Origin: a virus | Length of the DNA stretch: 64,000 nt | IMG/VR virus record: IMGVR_UViG_3300032895_000002 | Coordinates: 3,750-67,749 of that record | Strand: one strand, 5' to 3' | In this document: positions 38,533 through 48,126 of the stretch, piece after piece | Layout of the letters: each line of letters opens with the position of its first letter | Numbering within the stretch: the first letter of the stretch is position 1 | Notes under the pieces: generated by a model | What the model saw: only the letters and a program-made list of their open reading frames with translations | Told to the model about the DNA's origin: nothing | The model's database searches: none | Made by a program: the position numbers and the translations under genes

Positions 38533-39610
38533 AGAGGATGTTCCCCAGGACGGGCATATGGCCGGGCGAGGGCATAAAATCGTCGTTCGGGTTGCCGAGC
38601 GAGAATGACGCCACGCCGGCCGCGTTCATGATCGCGTAGTTTTTCCAAGCGGCGAAGATGGTTTCGCCCGGCTCGGCCCGCTCTCTCAGCATCGTTTGCA
38701 GGCTCTCGCCGATCGCCGCGCGGACCGCCGGCGTATCGGGATTAAGCCGCCTGATGATCACATTGACCCGCTGGCGGATGGGCGAGACGACGAACAAGTC
38801 CTTCACCGCCACCGGCCGCACGGTGTCGAGATAGCTCGAAACGCGGTCGAGATCGTTCTGCCGGGGAAAGCCGCCTTCGCCGGCGCGCAGGTTGTCCATC
38901 ATCGTTCGGACCGTGACGGTGCCCATCCCCATTTCGAGCGCCGAGCACCAGGCCCGGGTGACGCCGGGCACCGCAAGCGACCAATGCACGTAGTCGATTG
39001 AAGCCCCGCCCATCGGCGGCTGGCGGATGCGCAGCAGGAGGCGAGCGCGCAGCTCGTCGTCGCTCTCTTCGTCAACGCCGCCGTCCATGCTGACGACTCT
39101 CGCCACCCCGTCGAGGCCGGCGACGGCCGAGGCCAGGGCCAATTCAGCGCCCGGATTGAGATTGCCGGCCAGGCCTGGATCGAGCGCTCGCGCCGGCGCC
39201 AAGGTCGCCGCGCCGCCGGCGGCGAGGAACACCTGTCCGGTGGTTTCATATTCGATCGTCTGACCGCCGAAGAAGCGCGTCCCGGCCGGAACCGGCGCCC
39301 AGGTTTGCCCGGTGAGCGAGATTTGCCCCTCGGCCAGGGTCGCCATCTTGCGCCCGCGGCTTCCGTCAGCGTTGGTGAGCCACATCCGGCCATGGCGATC
39401 GAGCCATTCGCGCTCGGCGCTGTCCGGCAGCAATTGCTTGGCGAGCCAGTCGAGATATTGCAGCGCCTTGTGGCCCATCGCGCCGCTGACGTCGCTGAGC
39501 ACCCGCAAGACGCTGTTCGGGATGGTCGCGTCGGCCCCGCGCGCGTTGGCGCGCACCAGGTCGCGGACCTCGATGCGGACCTGTTTGAGCGCCGGGGTAA
39601 TCCAAGGCAT
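38522..39610 (-). CDS. Baseplate J / Mu gp47-like protein
   Basis: GGVDEESDDELRARLL.RIRQPPMGG..DY..W. Confidence 0.92.
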   Translation of the reverse strand: MPWITPALKQVRIEVRDLVRANARGADATIPNSVLRVLSDVSGAMGHKALQYLDWLAKQLLPDSAEREWLDRHGRMWLTNADGSRGRKMATLAEGQISLTGQTWAPVPAGTRFFGGQTIEYETTGQVFLAAGGAATLAPARALDPGLAGNLNPGAELALASAVAGLDGVARVVSMDGGVDEESDDELRARLLLRIRQPPMGGASIDYVHWSLAVPGVTRAWCSALEMGMGTVTVRTMMDNLRAGEGGFPRQNDLDRVSSYLDTVRPVAVKDLFVVSPIRQRVNVIIRRLNPDTPAVRAAIGESLQTMLRERAEPGETIFAAWKNYAIMNAAGVASFSLGNPNDDFMPSPGHMPVLGNILYGD

Positions 39611-39611
39611 G

Positions 39612-40118
39612 TCAATCGGCCCCTTCGATCAGCTCATCCCACAGGACTTGATAACGAAGCTCAATCGAGAGGTCCGGCCCACGAAAGAGCCGCACCAGCG
39701 CCTCGATCCGATCGCGGCCGGTTCGCGCCGCCTTCACCTCGAGCCGCGACGCGATCCTGAGATCAAGGAACGGCTGAAAGGCTTCGCGGATGAAATACTC
39801 GACCCGCGTTACGGTCGCGCCGCGCTGTGAGCCGGCGTCATCGATCTTGTCGCGGCGCAGCAGCCAGAGCCGCGAGCCGATCGGCCAGCCGCCCCAGATC
39901 TCCTCGGCGTCAAGATCGCCCCACCAGCCGCCGCGATCGGTCGAATCCGGGTCAGGCAGGACGTCGGTCGTCTCCGCCAGCCGATCGGTGCCGAGCGCCA
40001 CGATCGCCGCGGTCGCGAGCGCTTGCCGCTCGTCGAGCGAACCGTCATCGAGTAGCGCGGCGTCGACGCTGACCGAATACGCCGGAAAAAATCTGTTCTG
40101 AACGAGCCGGATATCCAT
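39612..40118 (-). CDS. Mu gp46-like baseplate protein
   Basis: L.TDR, RGGWWGD, IGSRLWLL.R. Confidence 0.88.
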   Translation of the reverse strand: MDIRLVQNRFFPAYSVSVDAALLDDGSLDERQALATAAIVALGTDRLAETTDVLPDPDSTDRGGWWGDLDAEEIWGGWPIGSRLWLLRRDKIDDAGSQRGATVTRVEYFIREAFQPFLDLRIASRLEVKAARTGRDRIEALVRLFRGPDLSIELRYQVLWDELIEGAD

Positions 40119-40235
40119 GTTACCTCGTTTGGGTCAAGGCGCGGCACGCCGGGATCAGGCAAGGCGCGTTGTGACTAGGCAAGGCAAGATGAGGCCGGCA
40201 AAACGGGGAAGCTCGCGTGGCGACGCGCGGGCTTC

Positions 40236-41006
40236 TCACTCCACTAGCGCGAAGACGTTCTTCGACGGCACGTTGCCCAGGCACAATACCGGCCGGAAGT
40301 CACGCCCATCGCCAGGCTTTCCGCCGAGATAGACCTTGCCGTCCTCCATATGGACGGCCGTTCCATCGGGGAGCGCAAAGGTCTGGACTTTGTTGACGCT
40401 CGAGGTGCCGCCGTCCTCGACTTCGAAATAGGCGCTCGATTCGTTCCGATAGACGGCCCGCTGCCCGGTTGGCTTTTGCTGCCCCTCAGCGCCCGCCTGG
40501 CCGCCGTCTCCGCCGCCGCCGGCCTCGGCGAGGGCGACCGCCCGCGCGCCGCCCTGCGCCGCCTCTTGGGCCTTCTGGACAATCTGCATCCGTAGCTTCT
40601 TGCCCGGATAGGTGGAGAGGAAGGAGCCGATCCCGTTCATGTGGAATTGCTGGCCGTCATCCTTGCCGCGGAACAGCGCCACGTCGCCTTTTTCCAGGCC
40701 CTTGAGCCGGTGCCGGCGATCGTCGATCGGCCCGGCGACCGGGAAGCTCCGGTTGCCGCCCATGAACGAGATGAACGTCTCGGGGCCCAGCCCTTCCTTG
40801 CCGTCCTCGCCCTTGTCGGGATCGAACGGAACGGCGGTGAAGCCGTAGCTGTGCGGGGCCTCGATCTTGCCGCGCGATTCGCCCTTCATGAACGAGCCGG
40901 CGATCTCCTGCATGAGTTTGGAATCGTCGACCGCTGAGAGGAGCGCGCGGGCGCCGCCGGCGGAATAGGCTCTAAACGAGGAGTTGGAGGGCGTGGCGCG
41001 GTGCAT
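40236..41006 (-). CDS. Baseplate spike, Mu gp45-like
   Basis: YGFTAVP, GGNRS, DDRRHR..GL..GDV. Confidence 0.85.
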   Translation of the reverse strand: MHRATPSNSSFRAYSAGGARALLSAVDDSKLMQEIAGSFMKGESRGKIEAPHSYGFTAVPFDPDKGEDGKEGLGPETFISFMGGNRSFPVAGPIDDRRHRLKGLEKGDVALFRGKDDGQQFHMNGIGSFLSTYPGKKLRMQIVQKAQEAAQGGARAVALAEAGGGGDGGQAGAEGQQKPTGQRAVYRNESSAYFEVEDGGTSSVNKVQTFALPDGTAVHMEDGKVYLGGKPGDGRDFRPVLCLGNVPSKNVFALVE

Positions 41007-41014
41007 TTAGCCTC

Positions 41015-42193
41015 CTAATTCGGCAGGTAGAGCGGCGGCGGATCGGGGACGCTGGTCATCGGCGCCGCCGGCCGCGCGCTCGTTTCATAGCTGGCCGGGT
41101 CTTGTAGAACGCCGGCCCGCCCGATGTTGAAATCGGTGCTGCCGCGCAACAGGAACGGCGGCACGCACTCGAGGTTCGTGAGGGTGCCGGCGCCGCTGTC
41201 CTGGGTGAAGGTCGCCGACTGGATCGTCATTGCTTCGTCAAGCATCGCCATCGGCGACTGGATGTGAACGTTGCGGCCGACCCGCCAGAGGTCGCCGGCG
41301 CCGCGGAACCACCCTTGCACCGTTATGACCGCCTGCGCCGCCGCGCCCTCGTGCCAGATCGATTCGTTGCGGGCGCGGTCCCTGATTTCGGCCTCGCTCC
41401 ACACCGGCTGCTCGGCGGTGGTCAGCAGCGGCGAATAGCGCTTCGCCGTGCCGGGGACGCTCGCCCGCTGTTGGCTCGCCTCCGCCCCGTGGTGGTCATC
41501 GCTGGCCGCGCTCTGGCCGGCCACGAGATATTCCGAATGGATGCCGTCGGTTGAAACGACGCACTGGCATTTCTCGATGTTCACGCCCTCGATCAGCCGA
41601 TCCTCGACCGGGTTGCTGTGCTCGCCGATCAACAGGAAATTCCCGAGATGGTCGCTGCCGATGATGACGCCGCGCGGCCGGGCCAGGCGCTCAAGGCAAT
41701 CCCACAGCTTTTCGCCAGGCTCGATTTGCAGCCGCGCGAACGGCGTGTCGTTGAGCTTGCCGATCGTTTTCACTCCGATGCCGAACGGGGCGATGATCTT
41801 GCGCGCGACCTGCTCGAAGGTCTGATCGTCATAATTGCCGGTCTCGTCGATGATCGACGATTCGGAGGCGTAGGAAGTGATTCCCTTCCCTTGGATTTGG
41901 ATGGCGTGGTTGCCCGCGTCGTAGGCGACCTGGCGCACCGTCACCACGCCGACCACCGCCAAGACGCCGCCGAGATAGATCGCGCATTCGTCGCCCGGCC
42001 GGATTTGATAGGCTTGGCTGCGCTCGACCGCGGAAAAGTTGAATAGCGGCCAGGCCTCGGCGTAGCGGTGCTGGACCATGACGCTGGTCCAGTCCTCCCA
42101 TTTCCGGCCGCCGATCATGATGGTGGCGACCTCGGCGGGATTGGGGACCGGCGCGAAGGGAACGCGACCGCGAGGAAAGGGCGAGTCGTTCAT
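41015..42193 (-). CDS. Baseplate hub, Mu gpP/gp44-like
   Basis: WTSV, PGD.C, EPGE, VQGW. Confidence 0.85.
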   Translation of the reverse strand: MNDSPFPRGRVPFAPVPNPAEVATIMIGGRKWEDWTSVMVQHRYAEAWPLFNFSAVERSQAYQIRPGDECAIYLGGVLAVVGVVTVRQVAYDAGNHAIQIQGKGITSYASESSIIDETGNYDDQTFEQVARKIIAPFGIGVKTIGKLNDTPFARLQIEPGEKLWDCLERLARPRGVIIGSDHLGNFLLIGEHSNPVEDRLIEGVNIEKCQCVVSTDGIHSEYLVAGQSAASDDHHGAEASQQRASVPGTAKRYSPLLTTAEQPVWSEAEIRDRARNESIWHEGAAAQAVITVQGWFRGAGDLWRVGRNVHIQSPMAMLDEAMTIQSATFTQDSGAGTLTNLECVPPFLLRGSTDFNIGRAGVLQDPASYETSARPAAPMTSVPDPPPLYLPN

Positions 42194-42858
42194 GAGGAGA
42201 GCGCCCGTCCGAACGGCGGCGCAAACAGCGGGTGAATGACGCCGTTTTCCTCGCGCAATTCATCGGCGCGGCTGGCGTCGGCGTAGAGGCGATAGGCGAA
42301 GACCAGGGTAGGCCCCGGCGCGTTGAACTGGAAATTGAGCATGTGCGGCAGCGGCCGTTCGGCGGTGATCAGATGTTCGACCAGCGCGGCGTGCAGCGCG
42401 GTCAGCGCCGAATAGGTCTCCTGGTCCATGTCGTCGGCGGCGATCTCCTCCATTTGGTCGAAGGCCTCGCTCATCGCCTCCTTCATGTCCTCGGCGGCCT
42501 CGCGGCTGCTGAATTCGGTGTCGGCGATCACCCGCGCCTCGGTCGCGAGCGACAGGTTGATGAGGCTGTTTTTCATCAGTCGGGCGCCGACCGTGAGCGG
42601 GCTTTGCGAGGCGACGGCGGCGCGCACGAGGGCGAGCTGCGGCAGGGTCGCGCCGTTCTTGCGGGTGAGCTCGAAAATCGCGGCCAGCGGCGGCCCGCTG
42701 CGGTCGGATTGGATGAGCGTCAGCGCATGAGCGTTGAAGTCGCCGATCGCCGTCCGCAAGTCGGCGCCGGGCCTGCCCTGCCCGGTGGTGGTGGCGAGGA
42801 TCGCCTCCATCGCCAGGCGCGCGATCGGCGCGGCCTCCTCGGCGTCGGCTTTCTGCAT
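42190..42858 (-). CDS. Mu gpN-like C-terminal part
   Basis: AYRLYADASRADEL..EN...HPLF. Confidence 0.75.
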   Translation of the reverse strand: MQKADAEEAAPIARLAMEAILATTTGQGRPGADLRTAIGDFNAHALTLIQSDRSGPPLAAIFELTRKNGATLPQLALVRAAVASQSPLTVGARLMKNSLINLSLATEARVIADTEFSSREAAEDMKEAMSEAFDQMEEIAADDMDQETYSALTALHAALVEHLITAERPLPHMLNFQFNAPGPTLVFAYRLYADASRADELREENGVIHPLFAPPFGRALSS

Positions 42859-42861
42859 CGC

Positions 42862-43380
42862 TCAAGCCGCCGGCGCGCTGAGATTGGCGATCACCCGCTG
42901 CCGCAGCGTCTCGGCCTGCGCCAGCACGCTCTCGCGGGTCGAGGGCGGCGGCGCGCCTGGCGCTTCGCCCTGCTCCACGAATTGCATGTCGAACGTGCAA
43001 TAGCCGCCGAACCGGGTTTCCTCAGTCATCCGATAGCGGTCGATGGCGACGATTACCGAGGGCAAGCTCGGTAACTGCAGCCGACCGGCGCCGCCTTCGT
43101 CAAGCGCATCGCGCAACGCGTCGCGAGAGATTCGATAGTCGCGCTGATAGAGCGGCCATCGGGTGTCGACCATGAACGAGACGCAGTAACCGCGCACGGA
43201 AAAGCCAAAAGCCCGGCGGCCCATGTCTTCCGCGTAAGGTCGGTTCTTTTTCGGATACTCATGCACGACCAGGCGACGGCCGCCATCCGGGCTCATCGCC
43301 TCGACGTGAAACTCGGCGTTCTTGTAGCTCGCCGGCAGGAGCGCGTCGCGCCAGGGGTTACGGATGTCGAGGATGCGCAT
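42862..43380 (-). CDS. DNA circularisation protein N-terminal domain (Mu gpN-like)
   Basis: WRDALLPASY, GRR..VHEYP....YAEDMGR. Confidence 0.88.
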   Translation of the reverse strand: MRILDIRNPWRDALLPASYKNAEFHVEAMSPDGGRRLVVHEYPKKNRPYAEDMGRRAFGFSVRGYCVSFMVDTRWPLYQRDYRISRDALRDALDEGGAGRLQLPSLPSVIVAIDRYRMTEETRFGGYCTFDMQFVEQGEAPGAPPPSTRESVLAQAETLRQRVIANLSAPAA

Positions 43381-43492
43381 CTTGCCTTGACCTAGCTCGT
43401 CGAAGCGGAGAAAGCCTGCGGCGTCTCGTAGCGCGGGACCGGGCCGCCGCCGGCGGCGCCAAGCCATCCCAGACGTAGACGCCGGCGGCGGT

Positions 43493-46400
43493 TTAGACCG
43501 CGACCGTTGGCCCTTCCCGCGCCGGCGTCATCTGCGTCTGCCGATTGACCTCAGTCTGCTTGAACAGCCCGCCGCCCTCGGCCGCCACTTTGGTTCCGGC
43601 CGGCGCGTTGACGTCCACGGTGAGCTTGCCGGTGCCTTCGACCCGGTGACTGACCTCTCGCGCCATCGTCTGATCGAGTTCGCTGCGGTCGAGGCCGTGC
43701 GCGCGCTGAGCGTATTGCAACCGGCCGCCGGCCGATTCGTAGGGCTTGATCTGCCGGCCGCCCGGCAGGCGCGTGCCCCAATATCGCGGCTGCACGTCGG
43801 CCGGCCGCTCATAGACCTCGTGGGTGAGCCGGGTGGCTTCCGCGAGGTTCTTCGTGCCCTTCAACTGCGCGAGGAAACCGGCGTGCGAGCCGGTCAGCTC
43901 ATGCTTGAGGAAGCCGGCGTTGGCCTCGTGCGACGACGGATCGAGCTGATTCTCCCGCGCCCATTTCTCGAACGCGGTGCGCCGCGGCCCGGTCCATTGC
44001 GCGTAACCGTAGCCGCCGGCGGCGCCCCCGATCGGCGCGCCCTCCTGCAACGATTTGAAGCCGGCGCTTTCGTAGCCCAGATTGCCGACCAGGCCGGCCG
44101 CCTGATCGCGGGTCAGGCCCAGGTCGTCTTGCAGCTCCCGCATCAGCATCGGCGCGCGCTCGCCGAACAGATCGCCGCGCCCGCCCCGGCCGCCGCCGCC
44201 GGCCGGCGCTGCGAAGCGGCCGGTCGCTCCGGCGCCGCCGGACGTGCCGCCGCCGCCGGCGAAAGCTCCGCCGCCGACGTCCGAGCCGTAGGGCTTCACC
44301 CCGCCGCCAGGCGCGCGCCGGTATTCATAGCGGCTCGCCATGTCGCGGCTTTCGCCGGTGAGCCCGCGGGCGCGCTCCGCCCTCGACAACGCCTGATTGC
44401 CGCCGATCGTCGAAATCCGGCCGGTTTGCGGATCGTAGCCGGAAACGAAGGTCACATGACTGCCGGTCGCGCCGGTGCGCCCGCCGGTGCGGATCGCGAC
44501 GTCGCCGGGCTGCGGCGCGCCGGTGACCGCCTCGCCCCAATTGCGCCAGTTCGACGCGACCTCGGGATTCTTCGGCGGTTGGAGCCCTTGCGACTTGACC
44601 ACCGAGGCGGCGAATTGCCCGCACCAGGCGCCGTTGCGCGGATAGCCGTTGTCGCGCATGAACTTGTCGAGCGCTTGCGGCCCGCCGGTGAGCGCGACCG
44701 TCCGGGCCGTCTCAAGCAGCGCCCCGGGGATATTCGGGTCGCCGGCCGGGCCTGCGGTGGCCGCCGGCGAGGCCCCGGTCTGGTTGCCGGCGTCGAGGCC
44801 GGTCGAGGGCGGCGTGGTTCCACCGCCATAGGCGCTCGCGCCCCATGATCCGCTCGCCCCGCCGCCGCGGGCGCCGCCGCCTCCGCCGGCGAAGCCGCTG
44901 ATGCGCGCAGGACCGCCAGGGCCGCCGCCTGCGCCGCCATAACCTCCGCCGCCGCCGTAAGCCCCGCCGCCGCCTCCGCCGAAGCCTGGCAGGCCGCGGA
45001 GGCCCGCCATACGCACGCCGCCTCCGCCTCCGCCGGCCGGCGCTCCGCCAGGCCCGGCGATCGCCGCATTGAGCGTTTGCAGCTCCTCGGTCAGCGCCCG
45101 CATCTGCGCGTTTTGGTCTTCGCTGTTGGCGTTCAACTCCTGCATCTGGCGGTTCTGCTCGCTGATCAGCCGCCGGCCCTCGCCGCCTTGGCCGCCGCCG
45201 CCGCCCATGAACAGCTCGGCGCCCGCTTCGCCGACCAGGTAGCTGCCGCCGCCGGTCACCGAGCCGCCCGCTTGCCGCTTCCACGCCCCGCCGGCTTGCC
45301 ATGGCGCCGGCTCGCCCGGATCTTCGAGGCCGAGCATGCCGCGCAGGCGGGTCCGCATCGTGTGCCCTTGCTCGGCGTCTTTGACCGCCATCTTGAGGCC
45401 GGCCATGAGGCCATAAGTCCCCATGTGCTTGACCATCAGCTTGAGCAGCCAATTCGGCAGGATCGCCCCGCTCTGCCCGGGCGCGAACAACTCCGGCCCC
45501 GCCTCGCCGACGAGGCCCATCTCGCCGGCGCCGATCATTCCGCCGGTTTGGAACTGCGGCACCGGGATCGCCGCCGCCGCCTCAAGACCGGTTGGAGCGC
45601 CGCCGCCCCTCAGTTTGTTCCAGGCCGAGCCAAGCGCCCGCCGCGTGGCGCCGCCCGCGCCGCCGCCTTCCGTCGTGCCAGCGGCGTAGCTGAGCGCCTC
45701 CGCCGTCTTTTGCGCGCCCGCCCCGACAACGCGCCCGATAGTTTTCAACCATTCCGGCGGCTCAAACGAGCGTAGCGCTTCGACCGCCGCCTGAATCTCG
45801 CTGGCCACATCCCTGAGCACATCGGCAAAGCCCCTGAGCACAAAAGTGACCGCAGGCGTCGCCAGCGCCGAGACCGAATCGCTGATCACGCCCCAGCTCT
45901 GACCGATCTGCGTCGTCACCTCGACCAGCTTCTCCGATTGAGCGATGCGGGCCGTCATCATCGCTTCCATCGCCGGCGTGACGCTGGCGATCTCGCCGCG
46001 CAATTGCGCCAGGTCAGGCATCCCGAACGCTTCGGCGAACCGCTGCCGCGCCTCCGCCGCGCGGGTCGACGACTTGGTGCGCTCCAAGACGTTGGCGTAA
46101 ACGTTGTCGAGCGCTTCGCGCACCCGAGTGGCGAACGCCGCCGGATTGTTGGCGACCCGGCCGAGATCGCCGAGCAGCATTTCCATGGCCTGCCGGTCAT
46201 CGCCTTGCAGGCCGCGCAGCAGGTTTTGCCGCAGCTCGCTATTGACCCGGCTGATATCGGCCATCGCATGAGCGAGGCCGGCGATGTTCGATTGCGCCCG
46301 ATCGGCGGCGACGCCGGAGCGCTGCAAGGCTTCGGACATTTCCCGAATCTGCGCCGCGCCGATCCCGGTCTGGCGCGCCAGGTTGCCGAGCTGCTGCATC

Positions 46401-46708
46401 CCCCGCGCGTATTCGTTGAGGCCCGCTACGCCCTTCACCACCGCAACGCCCAGCGCCACCACGCCGGCGGTCGCCAGGCCGAGCGATTTGGCGACGTTCA
46501 ACGCGGCGGCGCTGCCGCCCTCAAAGCCGGTCGCCAGGCCCTTCATCTGTTCGGTTAGCTCGGCGGTCCTGGCCTTGAGCCGTTCCATGCCCAAGCCCGC
46601 CGGCCCGCCGCCAAGGCTGGCGAGCGAGCCGCGAATCTTCTCGAGCTGGCTTGTCACGTTGTCGACAAGCGAAACGTTGAGGCGCAGCGACTCGTATTCG
46701 GTAGCCAC
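43493..46708 (-). CDS. Tape measure protein with CHAP-like and tail-lysozyme domains
   Basis: Helical N-terminus; AWCGQF...SHVTF; AAGLVGNL..ES...GYAQWTGPRR...YERP. Confidence 0.85.
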   Translation of the reverse strand: MATEYESLRLNVSLVDNVTSQLEKIRGSLASLGGGPAGLGMERLKARTAELTEQMKGLATGFEGGSAAALNVAKSLGLATAGVVALGVAVVKGVAGLNEYARGMQQLGNLARQTGIGAAQIREMSEALQRSGVAADRAQSNIAGLAHAMADISRVNSELRQNLLRGLQGDDRQAMEMLLGDLGRVANNPAAFATRVREALDNVYANVLERTKSSTRAAEARQRFAEAFGMPDLAQLRGEIASVTPAMEAMMTARIAQSEKLVEVTTQIGQSWGVISDSVSALATPAVTFVLRGFADVLRDVASEIQAAVEALRSFEPPEWLKTIGRVVGAGAQKTAEALSYAAGTTEGGGAGGATRRALGSAWNKLRGGGAPTGLEAAAAIPVPQFQTGGMIGAGEMGLVGEAGPELFAPGQSGAILPNWLLKLMVKHMGTYGLMAGLKMAVKDAEQGHTMRTRLRGMLGLEDPGEPAPWQAGGAWKRQAGGSVTGGGSYLVGEAGAELFMGGGGGQGGEGRRLISEQNRQMQELNANSEDQNAQMRALTEELQTLNAAIAGPGGAPAGGGGGGVRMAGLRGLPGFGGGGGGAYGGGGGYGGAGGGPGGPARISGFAGGGGGARGGGASGSWGASAYGGGTTPPSTGLDAGNQTGASPAATAGPAGDPNIPGALLETARTVALTGGPQALDKFMRDNGYPRNGAWCGQFAASVVKSQGLQPPKNPEVASNWRNWGEAVTGAPQPGDVAIRTGGRTGATGSHVTFVSGYDPQTGRISTIGGNQALSRAERARGLTGESRDMASRYEYRRAPGGGVKPYGSDVGGGAFAGGGGTSGGAGATGRFAAPAGGGGRGGRGDLFGERAPMLMRELQDDLGLTRDQAAGLVGNLGYESAGFKSLQEGAPIGGAAGGYGYAQWTGPRRTAFEKWARENQLDPSSHEANAGFLKHELTGSHAGFLAQLKGTKNLAEATRLTHEVYERPADVQPRYWGTRLPGGRQIKPYESAGGRLQYAQRAHGLDRSELDQTMAREVSHRVEGTGKLTVDVNAPAGTKVAAEGGGLFKQTEVNRQTQMTPAREGPTVAV

Positions 46709-47003
46709 GATTCCGTTGCCCCGTTAAGCTCGGCGCGCCCTAGCAGGCAGGCCGCCGCCGGCCCTGCGACGTATGATACCCAGATAACGTGTGCCGGTTC
46801 TTAGTCGCCATCGCTCGCGCGTTTCGGCCGCAGCGCCCTATGCCGTTTCTGTCCTGGTGGCCGACGAACGAAGAACACGCGTTCCGCGCCCAAGCGCCCC
46901 CAATGCCAGCCGGGACCGCCGGTCGCCCGCACGTAAGTGTCGAACCCGAACGGGGAGGCGAGCCAATCGATCAAGCGAACAAGCGGCCAGGGAATCATCG
47001 GCC

Positions 47004-47201
47004 TTAATCCTCGTCGGCGCTCTCTGAGCGCAGCAGGCGCGAGAGCTGGATGGTGCGTTCCATGTGGACGCGAACCTCGCTCAACGGCATGCTGAGGAAC
47101 ACGTCCGGGCTCTGCCGATAGAAGCGCGCGAGGCGATAGCTATCGAGGACAATGTTGTCGTCCTCGCCGATCACCATGCCGCTGGATCGGGTAGAAAAAA
47201 A
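47004..47201 (-). CDS. Tail chaperone -1 frameshift extension
   Basis: T-TTT-TTT at 47195-47201 with an open -1 frame. Confidence 0.65.
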   Translation of the reverse strand, partial: FFSTRSSGMVIGEDDNIVLDSYRLARFYRQSPDVFLSMPLSEVRVHMERTIQLSRLLRSESADED

Positions 47202-47719
47202 CCGCGCAGCCGATAGGCGCACGAGTTCCAGTCGCGCGGGTCAAGCTGCTCGACGAACGGCAAGAGCACGCCGGACAGGCTCGAGATGATCATGGTCATC
47301 TTGCGCTCGTCGATGATGACGTCGCCGTCCTGATTGATCCGCACCGGGTTGCCGTAGCGATTGATATCGCCCCCGGTCGGCTCGCGGAACGTTAGCTCGT
47401 TGATCGGCTCGTTCTTGTTGTTGCGCGTCGGCTTGTGCAGCAGCTTGACGGTGATCGGCCAGGTCTCGGCGGGCGGCTCCTGCGTCGCGGCCGGTCCTTC
47501 GGCCGGCGGCGGCGGCTCCGGCTCGCGGCGGCGCGGCGGCTCCTGGCGTTCGGCGCGCGGCGGCTCCTGGCGTTCGGCGCGCGCCAGCTTGCCAGAGCCG
47601 GTCCGCGGCGGCTCAGCCGGCCGCGTTTCGCGCAGATAGGCCTCGCGCTCGCCGGCCATGGGATCGTCGTTGATGCCCGGCGCGCCCGGCGCCAGGAAGC
47701 CTTCGCGGACCTCGTTCAA
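47171..47719 (-). CDS. Tail assembly chaperone
   Basis: Between tube and TMP genes; ELTFREPTGGD. Confidence 0.8.
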   Translation of the reverse strand: MNEVREGFLAPGAPGINDDPMAGEREAYLRETRPAEPPRTGSGKLARAERQEPPRAERQEPPRRREPEPPPPAEGPAATQEPPAETWPITVKLLHKPTRNNKNEPINELTFREPTGGDINRYGNPVRINQDGDVIIDERKMTMIISSLSGVLLPFVEQLDPRDWNSCAYRLRGFFLPDPAAW

Positions 47720-48081
47720 AGCGCAATCTCCTCACAGTAGAGGCCTTCCCAACGGACCCGCACCTGGCCGTCGCGGCTGTTATTCTCGAAGCCCGCCCGG
47801 CACGTCGCCTGCACGAGGGTGTATTGCATGCCATTTGCGAGCTGGGCGACCACCGTCGAGTCGGTTTGCGCCTCCAAGTCCTCAAGCAGCAGGCCGCGGG
47901 TGGTGGAGATGTCGCCCTCGATGTAGGGCACCCGCGGCAATTCCTGATAGCCATGGACGCCATCCTGGCCGGCGATCATCGTTCGCTCGACGGCGCTCGA
48001 TGAGACCGTGAAGTTGCCGCGAAGCGGATATTGGTCGCCATCGACGAACACGAAGGCGATCCCAGCGAAGCGCTGAGCCAT
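47716..48081 (-). CDS. Tail tube protein (Mu gpM-like)
   Basis: G.DGVHGY.E.P..PYI, LANG. Confidence 0.88.
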   Translation of the reverse strand: MAQRFAGIAFVFVDGDQYPLRGNFTVSSSAVERTMIAGQDGVHGYQELPRVPYIEGDISTTRGLLLEDLEAQTDSTVVAQLANGMQYTLVQATCRAGFENNSRDGQVRVRWEGLYCEEIAL

Positions 48082-48126
48082 CGACGTTTCCTTTCAGGGT
48101 TAGCCGCCGCGCGCCGGCGGCGGTAC

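Noticed and set aside
40125-40236. AGGCA-like repeats and a hairpin between spike and gp46 genes
   Set aside because: Too degenerate to assign a function
46789-47007. Small ORFs on either strand between chaperone and TMP genes
   Set aside because: Cannot decide strand or coding status
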